Shown here: piece by piece, positions 51,839-60,966 of the stretch
Layout of the letters: every line of letters starts with the position of its first letter
Position numbering within the stretch: position 1 is the first letter of the stretch
Source of the DNA: Desulfobacteraceae bacterium
GTDB taxonomy: Bacteria > Desulfobacterota > Desulfobacteria > Desulfobacterales > RPRI01
Direction: 5' to 3'
NCBI GenBank assembly: GCA_003818505.1
Contig: RPRI01000025.1
Coordinates: 3,072-67,071 of the forward strand
DNA length: 64,000 nt
Position numbers and translations under genes: made by a program
The notes under the pieces: model-generated
Databases searched by the model: none
What the model was told of the DNA's origin: nothing
Seen by the model: the letters and a program-made list of their open reading frames with translations, nothing else

Positions 51839-53419
51839 ATGCAGGTCACTTTTTACGGAGCCGCAAGAGAAGTCACCGGATCAATGCACCTTATATCTGC
51901 CAATGCGGACAAGATCCTGCTTGATTGCGGAATGTTCCAGGGCCGCAGAAAAGACACAGAAGAGAAAAACAAATCGTTCCCTTTTGATCCCAAATCCATA
52001 TTAAATACTATTCTTTCCCACGCACACATAGATCATTCAGGAAGAATTCCTCTCTTAACTAAAAATGGCTTTACCGGCCGCGTTATATGCACACGGGCAA
52101 CTGCCGATGCCTGCGCATATCTTTTACTCGATTCAGCACATATACAGGAATCTGATGCTAACTACCTGAATTACAAATCCCTTCGAAACACCCTGTTCTC
52201 AAAGAACAATAATTCAGACCATAATAAAAGCAAAAGAAACAAAAGAAATGAAATCGCAAAGATGCTGAAGATCGAAGGAAATAAACTTAACATCAAAAAT
52301 ATAGCGGCATTGATAAAGGAAAATCATCTTGAGCAGATAAGACCGCTTTATACAATTGAAGAAGCTGAAAAGGCACTCCAGAGTTTCGATGGCTATCCCT
52401 ATCGCGTGCCTGTTGAAGTCGGCCAGAACACCACCTGCACATTTTATGAAGCAGGGCATATTCTTGGATCTGCCCTCTCTTTAATTAAAATAAAAGAAAA
52501 TGGGCGTCGCTTTACTGTTTGTTATACCGGCGATATAGGAAGATATGACAAACCTATAATAAAGAATCCGAATGCTCAGTTTCCCGAAGACGAAAAAGAC
52601 TTAGACCTACTTATCATTGAAAGCACCTATGGCAATCGCGAACATGCACCCATAGCAGATTTAAAGCCTCAGCTTAAAAAAGTTATTAACGACACTGTAA
52701 AACGCGGAGGAGTTATAATCATTCCGGCCTTTGCATACGGAAGGACCCAGGAACTGCTGTACATTCTTCATGAACTGTATGACAAAGGAGAAACTCCGAA
52801 ACTGCCTGTATATGTGGACAGCCCTCTTGCCTCGAAGATAACAAAAGTTTTCGGGGAACACCCTGAAGTTTACAGCAGCGAGACAATAGATACGTTTCTT
52901 TCAAAAGGGGAAAATCCTTTCTCGTTTCAACAGGTTAATTTCATTTCTTCCGTAGATGAATCAATGGCGCTCATGAGGGATAGCTCTCCGCATATTGTAA
53001 TTTCCGCATCGGGAATGTGTGAAGCCGGAAGAGTTCTCCATCATCTGCGATACAAGGTTCATAATCCTAATAACACGATTCTCATAGTCGGTTTTATGGC
53101 CGAAAATACACTCGGACGACGTATTCAGGATTATGGAATCGCATATGAGGAATCCGGCAGGAAAGGTGAGGCTCCTGTTATCAAGATCTATAACAAAGAA
53201 TATCCGCTTAAAGCCCGGGTTGTAAAACTCGGGGGTTTCAGCGCTCATGGCGATAAAAACGAAATGCTAAGATTTTTAAAAGAATCGGGCCTTCAGATAA
53301 AAAAAATAGCTGTTGTCCACGGGGAGGAAGAACAGGCGCTGTCATTTACAGATCTTTTGAAGGAAAAAGGATACTCCGCATTTACCCCGAAACCGGGCGA
53401 TACTGTGAAGATTAATTGA
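51839..53419 (+). CDS. MBL-fold beta-CASP ribonuclease
   Basis: VTGS, DCGMFQG, SHAHIDHSG, ESTYG, SGMCEAGR, FSAHGD; upstream TTGACA-18 bp-TATAGT at 51687-51716. Confidence 0.9.
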   Translation: MQVTFYGAAREVTGSMHLISANADKILLDCGMFQGRRKDTEEKNKSFPFDPKSILNTILSHAHIDHSGRIPLLTKNGFTGRVICTRATADACAYLLLDSAHIQESDANYLNYKSLRNTLFSKNNNSDHNKSKRNKRNEIAKMLKIEGNKLNIKNIAALIKENHLEQIRPLYTIEEAEKALQSFDGYPYRVPVEVGQNTTCTFYEAGHILGSALSLIKIKENGRRFTVCYTGDIGRYDKPIIKNPNAQFPEDEKDLDLLIIESTYGNREHAPIADLKPQLKKVINDTVKRGGVIIIPAFAYGRTQELLYILHELYDKGETPKLPVYVDSPLASKITKVFGEHPEVYSSETIDTFLSKGENPFSFQQVNFISSVDESMALMRDSSPHIVISASGMCEAGRVLHHLRYKVHNPNNTILIVGFMAENTLGRRIQDYGIAYEESGRKGEAPVIKIYNKEYPLKARVVKLGGFSAHGDKNEMLRFLKESGLQIKKIAVVHGEEEQALSFTDLLKEKGYSAFTPKPGDTVKIN

Positions 53420-53565
53420 TATTAACCCCCGCAACAACAAAATTTAATTTTCAAATAATATAAGCCCTTATTCCGGTTGTTTCAGGAATTCCGGCCGTCG
53501 ATTTACAGCCGGCGGCAATGCATGTATTTCCGTTAGGAAGGGGCATGTAAAGAAAGGAAAGATCT

Positions 53566-53802
53566 ATGAGCGAAATAAGAATGACAGGAGAAATACGAAC
53601 CGATTACGATTGCGAAACATCCGGCCTTCCGGCGGAAAGATGGGGAGAAGCTGTTTTCAGAATCGCCGATGAAGAGATCATATTAGAGGTAAGTATTGAA
53701 AAAAGTATTACGGTCGCAATTATGATAGGGGAAAATACGAGATGGAAAGGAACTCTCGAAGGCCTTAAGAATCTTTTGAAAAGTGAAATTAAAACTCGTT
53801 AG
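53566..53802 (+). CDS. Hypothetical protein (78 aa)
   Basis: Free-standing ORF with AAGGA SD; no family recognised. Confidence 0.65.
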   Translation: MSEIRMTGEIRTDYDCETSGLPAERWGEAVFRIADEEIILEVSIEKSITVAIMIGENTRWKGTLEGLKNLLKSEIKTR

Positions 53803-53882
53803 GTCTCGTCACATCATCTGCAAAGAGAGAAAGATCAGGTTGCATGCTATCCCCCGTCAAGGGGGAACTCCCTTTGGATCTT

Positions 53883-54746
53883 TTACAAAGTCATCAGCCG
53901 CAATTTTCTCAAATTGATCCTGTCCCAGTCCTTTCCGCCTCCGGTTTTAGGAGTTTCAATTATCTTGGGAATACCGGCAAGATGTTTGTCGTTCATGATT
54001 AATCTGAAAGCATCAATACCTATTTCTCCTTTTCCGATATGCTCATGCCTGTCAATATGCGAACCGAGGCCTTTTTTCGAGTCATTCAGATGGATAAGAA
54101 AAAGTTTTTCAAACCCGATTATTTTGTCGAACAGATCTGTTGTTTCAAGGTAGGATTCTTCTGTCCTGATGTCATAGCCTGCGGCAAAGATATGGCAGGT
54201 ATCAAGGCAAACTCCGGTTTTATCCTTCCGGTTTATCTTCTCTATTATTGCATGAAGCTGTTCAAACGAGTGTCCTATTCCTGAACCCTGTCCTGATGTG
54301 GTTTCGAGCAAAAGGCGCGTCTTTATTTCCTGATTTTTTTCAAATATTCCATTTATGCTTTCAGAAATCCTGTCTATCCCTTTTTTTTCACCGTTACCCA
54401 GATGTGAGCCGGGATGAAGGACTACGAAAGGGATCTCAAGCGCCGATGATCTGATAAGCTCCTGTTCAAGGGCCTTACGGGACAGGAAATGGTTTTCGGA
54501 ATCGGGTGCAGCAAGGTTTATAAGATAGGAAGCATGGGCGGCAATATCTTTAATTCCGGTTTCCTGCCTTGCCTTTTTAAACACTTCGATCTCTTTATCT
54601 GAAACGATACGTTCTCTCCAGGAGCGTGAGGTTCTGGTAAACATCTGAAGCGCCGGGCAATCGTATCTCTTTGCCTCGTACAAAGCCTCATGAAGACCGC
54701 CTGAAATGGAAAAGTGTGCGCCGAGAATGCATGTTCTTTTTTTCAT
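53883..54746 (-). CDS. nfo: Endonuclease IV
   Basis: LGAHFS, HASYLINLA, HPG, LETTSGQG, CLDTCH, HLNDSK, DRHEHIG. Confidence 0.96.
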   Translation of the reverse strand: MKKRTCILGAHFSISGGLHEALYEAKRYDCPALQMFTRTSRSWRERIVSDKEIEVFKKARQETGIKDIAAHASYLINLAAPDSENHFLSRKALEQELIRSSALEIPFVVLHPGSHLGNGEKKGIDRISESINGIFEKNQEIKTRLLLETTSGQGSGIGHSFEQLHAIIEKINRKDKTGVCLDTCHIFAAGYDIRTEESYLETTDLFDKIIGFEKLFLIHLNDSKKGLGSHIDRHEHIGKGEIGIDAFRLIMNDKHLAGIPKIIETPKTGGGKDWDRINLRKLRLMTL

Positions 54747-54833
54747 TTTTACGAAACCCCGCTATTTTTTTTGTTTACTGTCAACCATTCACTATCAGCT
54801 CTTTACTGTCAACCATTCTGTACGCTTTTTTTG

Positions 54834-54887
54834 TTGACTACCTTTCTAATATCAATTAATGTTTATTTATCGAACGGTATTCGACAA
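54834..54887 (+). promoter_or_regulatory. Putative promoter and palindromic operator of the SDR-ThDP-MFS cluster
   Basis: TTGACT-17 bp-TAATGT, then TTATCGAA-CGGTA-TTCGACAA (54867-87). Confidence 0.5.
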
Positions 54888-54906
54888 TATTATATTGGAG
54901 GAACAA

Positions 54907-55743
54907 ATGTACAATGACTTGAAAGGGAAAACAGCTCTTGTCACCGGGGCCGGAAAAAGAACCGGCATAGGATATGCCATTGCCGGAAAACTGGCCGAAT
55001 CAGGATGCAATATCATCATTGCGGATCTCGGCAAACCTGCCTCGCCTGGTGATCCTGTAAAAACGGGAACGACGGAAGAGATGGCGGAAATAGCAAAAAG
55101 CCTTCAAGACGAATTCGCCGTCAGCGCCATACCCGTAAATCTTGATGTAACGGACAAAGAATCAATTCTGAACATGATTTCCTCCGTTAAAGAACGCTTC
55201 AGCAACATCGATATCCTATGCAATAATGCCGGAGCTTCTTTCGGAGTGCCTAATACTGTTCATACATATGACGAAGACGCCTGGATGAAAACTATAGATG
55301 TAAATCTCCACAGCGTTTTCCGGGTCACAAGAGCCGTTCTTCCGATGATGTTCGGAAGGCAGGCAAGCATCATAAACACATCATCGAGAGCCGCAAAGGC
55401 GCCTCCGATATTCAACGGAGCATATGCAGTCGCAAAAGCCGGGGTTATAATGCTTACAAAGGTCATGGCAAAAGAGCTTGCCGGAGCAGGCATAAGGGTA
55501 AATGCCATATGTCCGGGACAGATAATGACGGACCTCGAAAAATGGCGTTTCGGGCTTGAAGCGCAGTTTTTTTCCTCCACAATTGAAGAGCGCGAAAAAG
55601 AGATGTGCAAAACCATACCGTTAGGACGCATAGGAAGCCCTGAAGAGGTTGGTAATCTGGTGGCTTTTCTTGCTTCAAATGCATCGTCATACATTACAGG
55701 CCAGCCAATCAATATTACGGGCGGACAACTCATGGAATTATAA
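54907..55743 (+). CDS. SDR-family oxidoreductase
   Basis: TGAGKRTGIG, NNAG, YAVAK, NAICPG; ATG 54907 after GGAGG. Confidence 0.9.
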   Translation: MYNDLKGKTALVTGAGKRTGIGYAIAGKLAESGCNIIIADLGKPASPGDPVKTGTTEEMAEIAKSLQDEFAVSAIPVNLDVTDKESILNMISSVKERFSNIDILCNNAGASFGVPNTVHTYDEDAWMKTIDVNLHSVFRVTRAVLPMMFGRQASIINTSSRAAKAPPIFNGAYAVAKAGVIMLTKVMAKELAGAGIRVNAICPGQIMTDLEKWRFGLEAQFFSSTIEEREKEMCKTIPLGRIGSPEEVGNLVAFLASNASSYITGQPINITGGQLMEL

Positions 55744-55899
55744 TTTGAGGGGCAAGGATTCAAGGGGTCGAGGGGCCAAGTGAAACGAAGTGAAGCATAA
55801 ACACTCAATGGTGTACATACTGTCTGTTGAGACAAAAACACTTGAACCATTGAGTCCTTGCCCCCTTTAACTATTTTTAAAACATCAGGGAGGTTTCAA

Positions 55900-57594
55900 A
55901 TGGGATCGGTAACAGGCGGCAAACTGGCGGCAGACGCGTTAATTGAAAAGAAAATCGACTATATTTTTACCTTAAGCGGCGGGCATATAACCCCTATATA
56001 TCAGTATCTCGAAAATTCACCGGTTAAACTCTTCGATACCAGGCACGAACAGGCCGCAGTCTTCATGGCTGAAGCTTACGGGAGACTGACAAGAAAACCC
56101 GGTATTGCAATGGTTACAGCTGGACCGGGTTTTACAAACGCCTTATCCGCAATAGCAAATGCAAATATGGCAAATTCACCTCTTGTTCTGATCTCAGGTT
56201 GTGTCGGTGTTGAATGCATAGAAAAGCTGGACCTTCAGGATATGCGCCAGCTGCCTGTAATTGAACCCATGGTAAAAAAAGCCCTTGTCTGTCACAAGAC
56301 GAACAGGATTCCCGAATTTATTGATCTTGCATACCGGACAGCCATAAGCGGGCGTCCCGGACCTGTTTATCTGGAATTGCCGGTAGACGTTTTAAACGCT
56401 TCGGTTGATGACGCCCAGGTTAAAAAGACAAATACCATTGTTGATTCAAGACCAGCCGACGCAACAAATGCGGCTAAAATCATAGAGATGATACAATCTT
56501 CAAAAAATCCGATAGTTATTGCAGGCAGCGGCGCATGGTATTCCGATGCAGGAAAAGAGCTTGTTGAATTTACTGAAAAAACCGGCATACCCGCATTTAC
56601 ATCAGCCCTCGGACGAGGGACAATCCCTGATACCCATCCGCTTTGTTTTGAATCATCACTTGCCATAAGACCAGGAGCGGCATTATTCGCAAACTTCAGC
56701 ACAGACCTTGTCATATTTCTCGGCTCACGCATAAGCCTCTATTACATCTTCGGAGATCTTTTTCAAAAGGAAGCAAAGATAATCCAGGTAGACATAAAAC
56801 CAGAGGAAATAGGGAGAAACCGTTCAATAGATCTCGGCATTACAGGAGATATAAAAGCACTCCTTGGCATATTAAACAGGCTCATTGATGAAAAGGGACT
56901 CAGCAAGTCACTGGCCAGCCGCTTCAGCGAATGGGTTTCAACGCTGAAACAGGCCGAAAAAGACGGAAAAGCCCCGTCAATGCCGAACTGGGAAAGCAAC
57001 AACGTGCCGATTCATCCCCTGAGGCTTGCTCACGAAATCAATGACTTCATGAACAGAGAAGATGATATCGTTGTCGGCGATGGTGGCGATACACAGGTCT
57101 GGATGGGAATGACAAGAACAATCCGGCAGCCGGGCCATTACCTCGACTCCGGGCTTTACGGGTGTCTTGGGGTCGGCATACCCTATGCTAATGCCGCTAA
57201 ACTTCTGAATCCCCAAAAACGCGTATGCCTTATTACAGGCGACGGATCTATCGGGTTCAATTTCATGGAATTTGAAACAGCCATCCGGAAAAACCTGCCC
57301 GTTGTCGTGGTTATAAGCAATGATCTCGGATGGGGAATGATACGGCACAGTCAGGAGATAAAGATAGGGCATGCAATCGAAAACGGAACATTCATAGGAA
57401 AGGTAAACTACCATAAAATGGTTGAGGCTCTCGGCGTAAAGAGCATGTATGTGGAAAAACCTGAGGATATCCGCCCCGCCCTCGAAGAAGCCTTTGCTTC
57501 AGGGAAAACAACCTGTATAAATGTCATGACCGATCCGACAACCATAAGCCCCGGAAGCACAGCGCTGGCCAATCTCGGAGGCTACAAAGCATAA
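55900..57594 (+). CDS. ThDP-dependent enzyme (ALS-like / 2-hydroxyacyl-CoA lyase-like)
   Basis: LSGGHI, RHEQAA, TAGPG, DGGD, GCLGVG, GDG...NDLGWGMI; ATG 55900 after GGAGG. Confidence 0.85.
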   Translation: MGSVTGGKLAADALIEKKIDYIFTLSGGHITPIYQYLENSPVKLFDTRHEQAAVFMAEAYGRLTRKPGIAMVTAGPGFTNALSAIANANMANSPLVLISGCVGVECIEKLDLQDMRQLPVIEPMVKKALVCHKTNRIPEFIDLAYRTAISGRPGPVYLELPVDVLNASVDDAQVKKTNTIVDSRPADATNAAKIIEMIQSSKNPIVIAGSGAWYSDAGKELVEFTEKTGIPAFTSALGRGTIPDTHPLCFESSLAIRPGAALFANFSTDLVIFLGSRISLYYIFGDLFQKEAKIIQVDIKPEEIGRNRSIDLGITGDIKALLGILNRLIDEKGLSKSLASRFSEWVSTLKQAEKDGKAPSMPNWESNNVPIHPLRLAHEINDFMNREDDIVVGDGGDTQVWMGMTRTIRQPGHYLDSGLYGCLGVGIPYANAAKLLNPQKRVCLITGDGSIGFNFMEFETAIRKNLPVVVVISNDLGWGMIRHSQEIKIGHAIENGTFIGKVNYHKMVEALGVKSMYVEKPEDIRPALEEAFASGKTTCINVMTDPTTISPGSTALANLGGYKA

Positions 57595-57597
57595 ACA

Positions 57598-57710
57598 AGC
57601 GGTTTATGGTTTATTGTTCGTACTTAGTACATCGTACCTCGTACTTCGAATTTCGCACTTCGCTTTCCGATGTCCGATGTCCGATGTCCGATGTTCGATG
57701 TTCGATATAA
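57598..57710 (+). repeat. Heptamer hairpin array (ThDP-MFS spacer)
   Basis: TCGTACN/TCGAATT about x6, CGCTTT, CGATGTY about x6. Confidence 0.85.
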
Positions 57711-57775
57711 GACATCATAAAAGTCCGGAAGAGATCTTTACTCTCACAGAAAAGAATAAACGGAAAGAGGATACC

Positions 57776-59077
57776 ATGAAAAACAGCGGCATATCAAACG
57801 GTTTTTTACTGTCAAAGGGTCATTCCTACTATGTTTTCATACTGCTGTTTCTCCTATATATGTTTGATTACATAGACAGGCTTGTCGTTGTCTCTCTTTT
57901 CCCTTTCCTAAAAACAGACTGGGGGCTATCGGATACCCAGTGCGGTATGCTCGTTTCCGCAGTCTACTGGTCGATACTTATTTTTTCATTTCCCGTTTCA
58001 ATATTTATCGACAGATGGAGCAGGAAAAAAAGCATCGGAGTCATGGCGGTGTTATGGAGCATAGCAACAGTTGCCTGCGCTTTTACAAAAAACTTCACTC
58101 AGCTTTTTGCAGCAAGAACAGCTATCGGAATCGGCGAAGCCGGCTATGCCCCCGGCGGCACCGCAATGATTTCCGCTCTTTTCCCCGAGAAAAAGAGATC
58201 TATCATGGTTGGAATATGGAATGCATCAATTCCTATCGGCAGTGCAATAGGCGTGGCTCTCGGAGGTTTCATAGCCGTAAAATACGGATGGCGCCATGCT
58301 TTCGGGGTAGTAGCTCTCCCCGGTCTTATAATTGCTTTCCTATTCTTTTTTACCAAGGATTACAAGACGGTAGATCTTGTCCGTTCTGTTAAGGGGCAAA
58401 AAGACGACTCCGGTATTCAGCGGCAGATGAGCAGAAAAGATATAATAAAAGAATTTACCGGCACTCCTTCTCTTATTTTGACCTATTTTGCCTTTGCAGG
58501 AAATACTTTTCTCACAACGGCAATGTTAAGCTGGCTTCCCACCTATTTTAACAGGATTGAAAACATGCCGATGCAGCAGGCTTCTCTTAAAGGAAGCTCA
58601 ATAATGCTTCTCGCAATTATCGGATCACCTCTTGGAGGTTTTCTTGCAGACATGTGGATGAAAAAAAGAATTAACGCGAGACTTCTTTTCAGCGCACTCT
58701 CTTCGATCACGACTTCGGTTGTCTTTTTTTCGGCTTTTTATTTTTTTGCAGGTACTGTGCAGTATTATATTCTTCTTTTCGGTGGCGTATGTGCAATAGC
58801 ATTTGCTTCATCGGCAATAGCAGTAACACAGGATGTTGTTCATCCCGGTTTAAGGGCAACCTCTTACAGCTTTTGTGTTATTGTTCAGAACCTGCTCGGA
58901 AGCTCACTCGGCCCTCTCTTCGTGGGAGCTCTCTCCGACAGATATGATATCAAAACAGCGCTCACCATAGCTTCCCTCTCTTCCCTTGTGGCGGGAATTC
59001 TTTTCTTCATTGGATCATTTTATTATGAAAAAGATCTCGCAAAAGTGGAAAAAATAGCAATCAAGGTTGAAGAATAG
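57776..59077 (+). CDS. MFS transporter (spinster/ACS-like)
   Basis: DYIDR, DRWSRK, RTAIGIGEA, about 12 hydrophobic segments; ATG 57776. Confidence 0.9.
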   Translation: MKNSGISNGFLLSKGHSYYVFILLFLLYMFDYIDRLVVVSLFPFLKTDWGLSDTQCGMLVSAVYWSILIFSFPVSIFIDRWSRKKSIGVMAVLWSIATVACAFTKNFTQLFAARTAIGIGEAGYAPGGTAMISALFPEKKRSIMVGIWNASIPIGSAIGVALGGFIAVKYGWRHAFGVVALPGLIIAFLFFFTKDYKTVDLVRSVKGQKDDSGIQRQMSRKDIIKEFTGTPSLILTYFAFAGNTFLTTAMLSWLPTYFNRIENMPMQQASLKGSSIMLLAIIGSPLGGFLADMWMKKRINARLLFSALSSITTSVVFFSAFYFFAGTVQYYILLFGGVCAIAFASSAIAVTQDVVHPGLRATSYSFCVIVQNLLGSSLGPLFVGALSDRYDIKTALTIASLSSLVAGILFFIGSFYYEKDLAKVEKIAIKVEE

Positions 59078-59103
59078 CAAAAAAAGGGTTCAAGGAGTCA
59101 AGT

Positions 59104-59925
59104 GTGATTATGCCAAAGCATGAAACTTTCAGGGACAAAGTCGTTGTCGTTACCGGCGCAGCAAGCGGTATCGGTGCTGCAATCTGCCGGAAATTCGCAA
59201 ATGAAGGCGCAATTATAGGCCTGATGGATGCAGATGAAAAAGGCTTAAAGGAGATGGAACATTCCATCAAAGATTCCGGAGCCGAGGCTTTTGCAATAAA
59301 ATGCGACGTTTCCGCCGAAGATGAATGCAACCACGCAATTAAAAGTTTCATCATGCGTTTCGGCGGTATAGATGTGCTGGTAAACAACGCAGGAATCACA
59401 CAGAGGGGCTCCTTCATGGATACAAGCGCATCTGTCTACAGAAAGGTGATGGGCATCAATTTCTTCGGCTCACTCTATTGTGCAAAAGCCGCGATAGAAA
59501 GCATAGTTGAAAGAAAGGGAATGATAATAATCATTGAAAGCGTTGCAGGTGTTACCCCGCTTCTCGGGAGATCGGGCTATTGCGCAAGCAAGCACGCGCT
59601 GCATGGATTATTTACAACAATCAGAACTGAGATAAGGAATGCCGGAGCACATGTCATGATAGTCTGCCCGGGATTTGTAAAAACAAACCTTCAAACAAGG
59701 GCTTTGGGAGCTGATGGAAGCGTTACGAAACACCCCCAGTCGACAATCGGGAAGCAAACCACCCCTGAAGCTGTCGCTGACGAAATATTAATGGCGGCGC
59801 TTAAACGGAAAAATATGGTTGTATTAACCTTCATGGGAAAAATCGGATACTGGGTTAGCCGCATCATGCCAATTTTCTACGAAAAGATGATGGCGAAACA
59901 ATTCCGCTCAGAGCTTGAAAAGTAA
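59104..59925 (+). CDS. SDR-family oxidoreductase
   Basis: TGAASGIG, NNAG, YCASK, CPG. Confidence 0.9.
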   Translation: MIMPKHETFRDKVVVVTGAASGIGAAICRKFANEGAIIGLMDADEKGLKEMEHSIKDSGAEAFAIKCDVSAEDECNHAIKSFIMRFGGIDVLVNNAGITQRGSFMDTSASVYRKVMGINFFGSLYCAKAAIESIVERKGMIIIIESVAGVTPLLGRSGYCASKHALHGLFTTIRTEIRNAGAHVMIVCPGFVKTNLQTRALGADGSVTKHPQSTIGKQTTPEAVADEILMAALKRKNMVVLTFMGKIGYWVSRIMPIFYEKMMAKQFRSELEK

Positions 59926-60002
59926 AAACGCTTTTAGACAGGATTTTCAGTATGGACAAGATCATTGCCTGCGGCAAGACGGGCAATTAGGCGGTAAAAT
60001 AA

Positions 60003-60038
60003 GACTTAACCCACAAAATGATCGGTTGCGCTTACCGG
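60003..60038 (+). pseudogene. N-terminal fragment of a GxxExxY-family gene between inverted 9-mer arms
   Basis: Translates DLTHKMIGCAYR, like the usual family start (ELTxKIIGCAxxV); only 12 codons. Confidence 0.5.
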
Positions 60039-60145
60039 ACTCCGCGAAGCGGATTCACGACAAATTATCATGTTAATCCTGTCAATCCTGTCATGCAATT
60101 TTTTTTGTTTGTAACCGATAAAACTTATTAACCGAAAGTCTTGAT

Positions 60146-60766
60146 ATGAGCTTAAAAGAAAGAAAAGAGCGTGAAAAAGAAGAACGAAGAAAGCAGATAC
60201 TCGATGCTGCCAGGGCGCTTCTCTTTGAAAAGGGACTGAATGCGACATCAATGAACCAGATCGCAAAACAGGCTGAAATCGGAGTTGCGACAATTTATTT
60301 TTATTACAGAAGCAAGGAAGATCTTTTTGCCGCGCTTCAGGTAGAAGGACTCAACCTTCTCTATCTAAAACTGGAAAAAGCCTGTGAAAAAGAGACTGAT
60401 CCGGCAATTAAACTTAAGACAGCGGCTCAGGTCTATCTTAAATTTTCAAGGGACAATAAAGATTATTTTGATATTATAAACTACTTTTTATCCGCACCGG
60501 ATCAGATATTTACACCTGATTTAAAAGGCCAGGTGGACAGGCACGGCAACATTATTATAGCAATTATCGAAAAATACATAAAAGAAGGCATGGAATCACA
60601 CATTTTTAAAAGAGTTGATTCAAAAAGACATTCGGTTCTTTTCTGGGCCACTCTTTACGGACTTACGCATTTTAAAAAATTAAAAAACACGATTTTAAAA
60701 GGAGAGACTTTCAAAGATTTGTTTGAGTATGGCGTAAACAACTTCATACTAACCTTAATGGCTTAG
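60146..60766 (+). CDS. TetR/AcrR-family regulator
   Basis: ILDAARALL...TSMNQIAKQAEIGVATIYFYYRSKEDLF. Confidence 0.93.
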   Translation: MSLKERKEREKEERRKQILDAARALLFEKGLNATSMNQIAKQAEIGVATIYFYYRSKEDLFAALQVEGLNLLYLKLEKACEKETDPAIKLKTAAQVYLKFSRDNKDYFDIINYFLSAPDQIFTPDLKGQVDRHGNIIIAIIEKYIKEGMESHIFKRVDSKRHSVLFWATLYGLTHFKKLKNTILKGETFKDLFEYGVNNFILTLMA

Positions 60767-60769
60767 GCA

Positions 60770-60943
60770 TGAATTGTGAATCGAGTATCGTGGATCGTGA
60801 ATCGAAAAATCGAATTTCGAATATCGGAGATCGAATATCGAAAAGCCGTGAATCGTGGGTCGAACAACGAATTACGAATCACGAACAACGAATAACGAAT
60901 AACGATCAACGAAGTCCGATATTCGATTTTTTCACTTGAACCC
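60770..60943 (+). repeat. Nested heptamer arrays (tetR-xsc spacer)
   Basis: ATCGTGA, TCGAATA, ATCGTGG, ACGAATA about x7, CGATATT, CACTTGAACCC. Confidence 0.88.
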
Positions 60944-60966
60944 TATTTTTTTATGGAGGATTAAAA

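Noticed and set aside
54774-54818. 17-bp direct repeat TTTACTGTCAACCATTC x2 as an operator
   Set aside because: The 28-bp spacing equals four heptamers, so it is better explained as another degenerate 7-mer arm.
57598-57710. CRISPR array interpretation of the repeat spacers
   Set aside because: Units are 7-9 bp, degenerate and contiguous; there are no 23-47 bp repeats with unique spacers and no cas genes.
57614-57775. N-terminal ORF extensions of the MFS (also 24585, 34229, 55858, 41765, 54859)
   Set aside because: They translate repeat or leader DNA; downstream ATGs fit the protein families and mostly have SD sequences.
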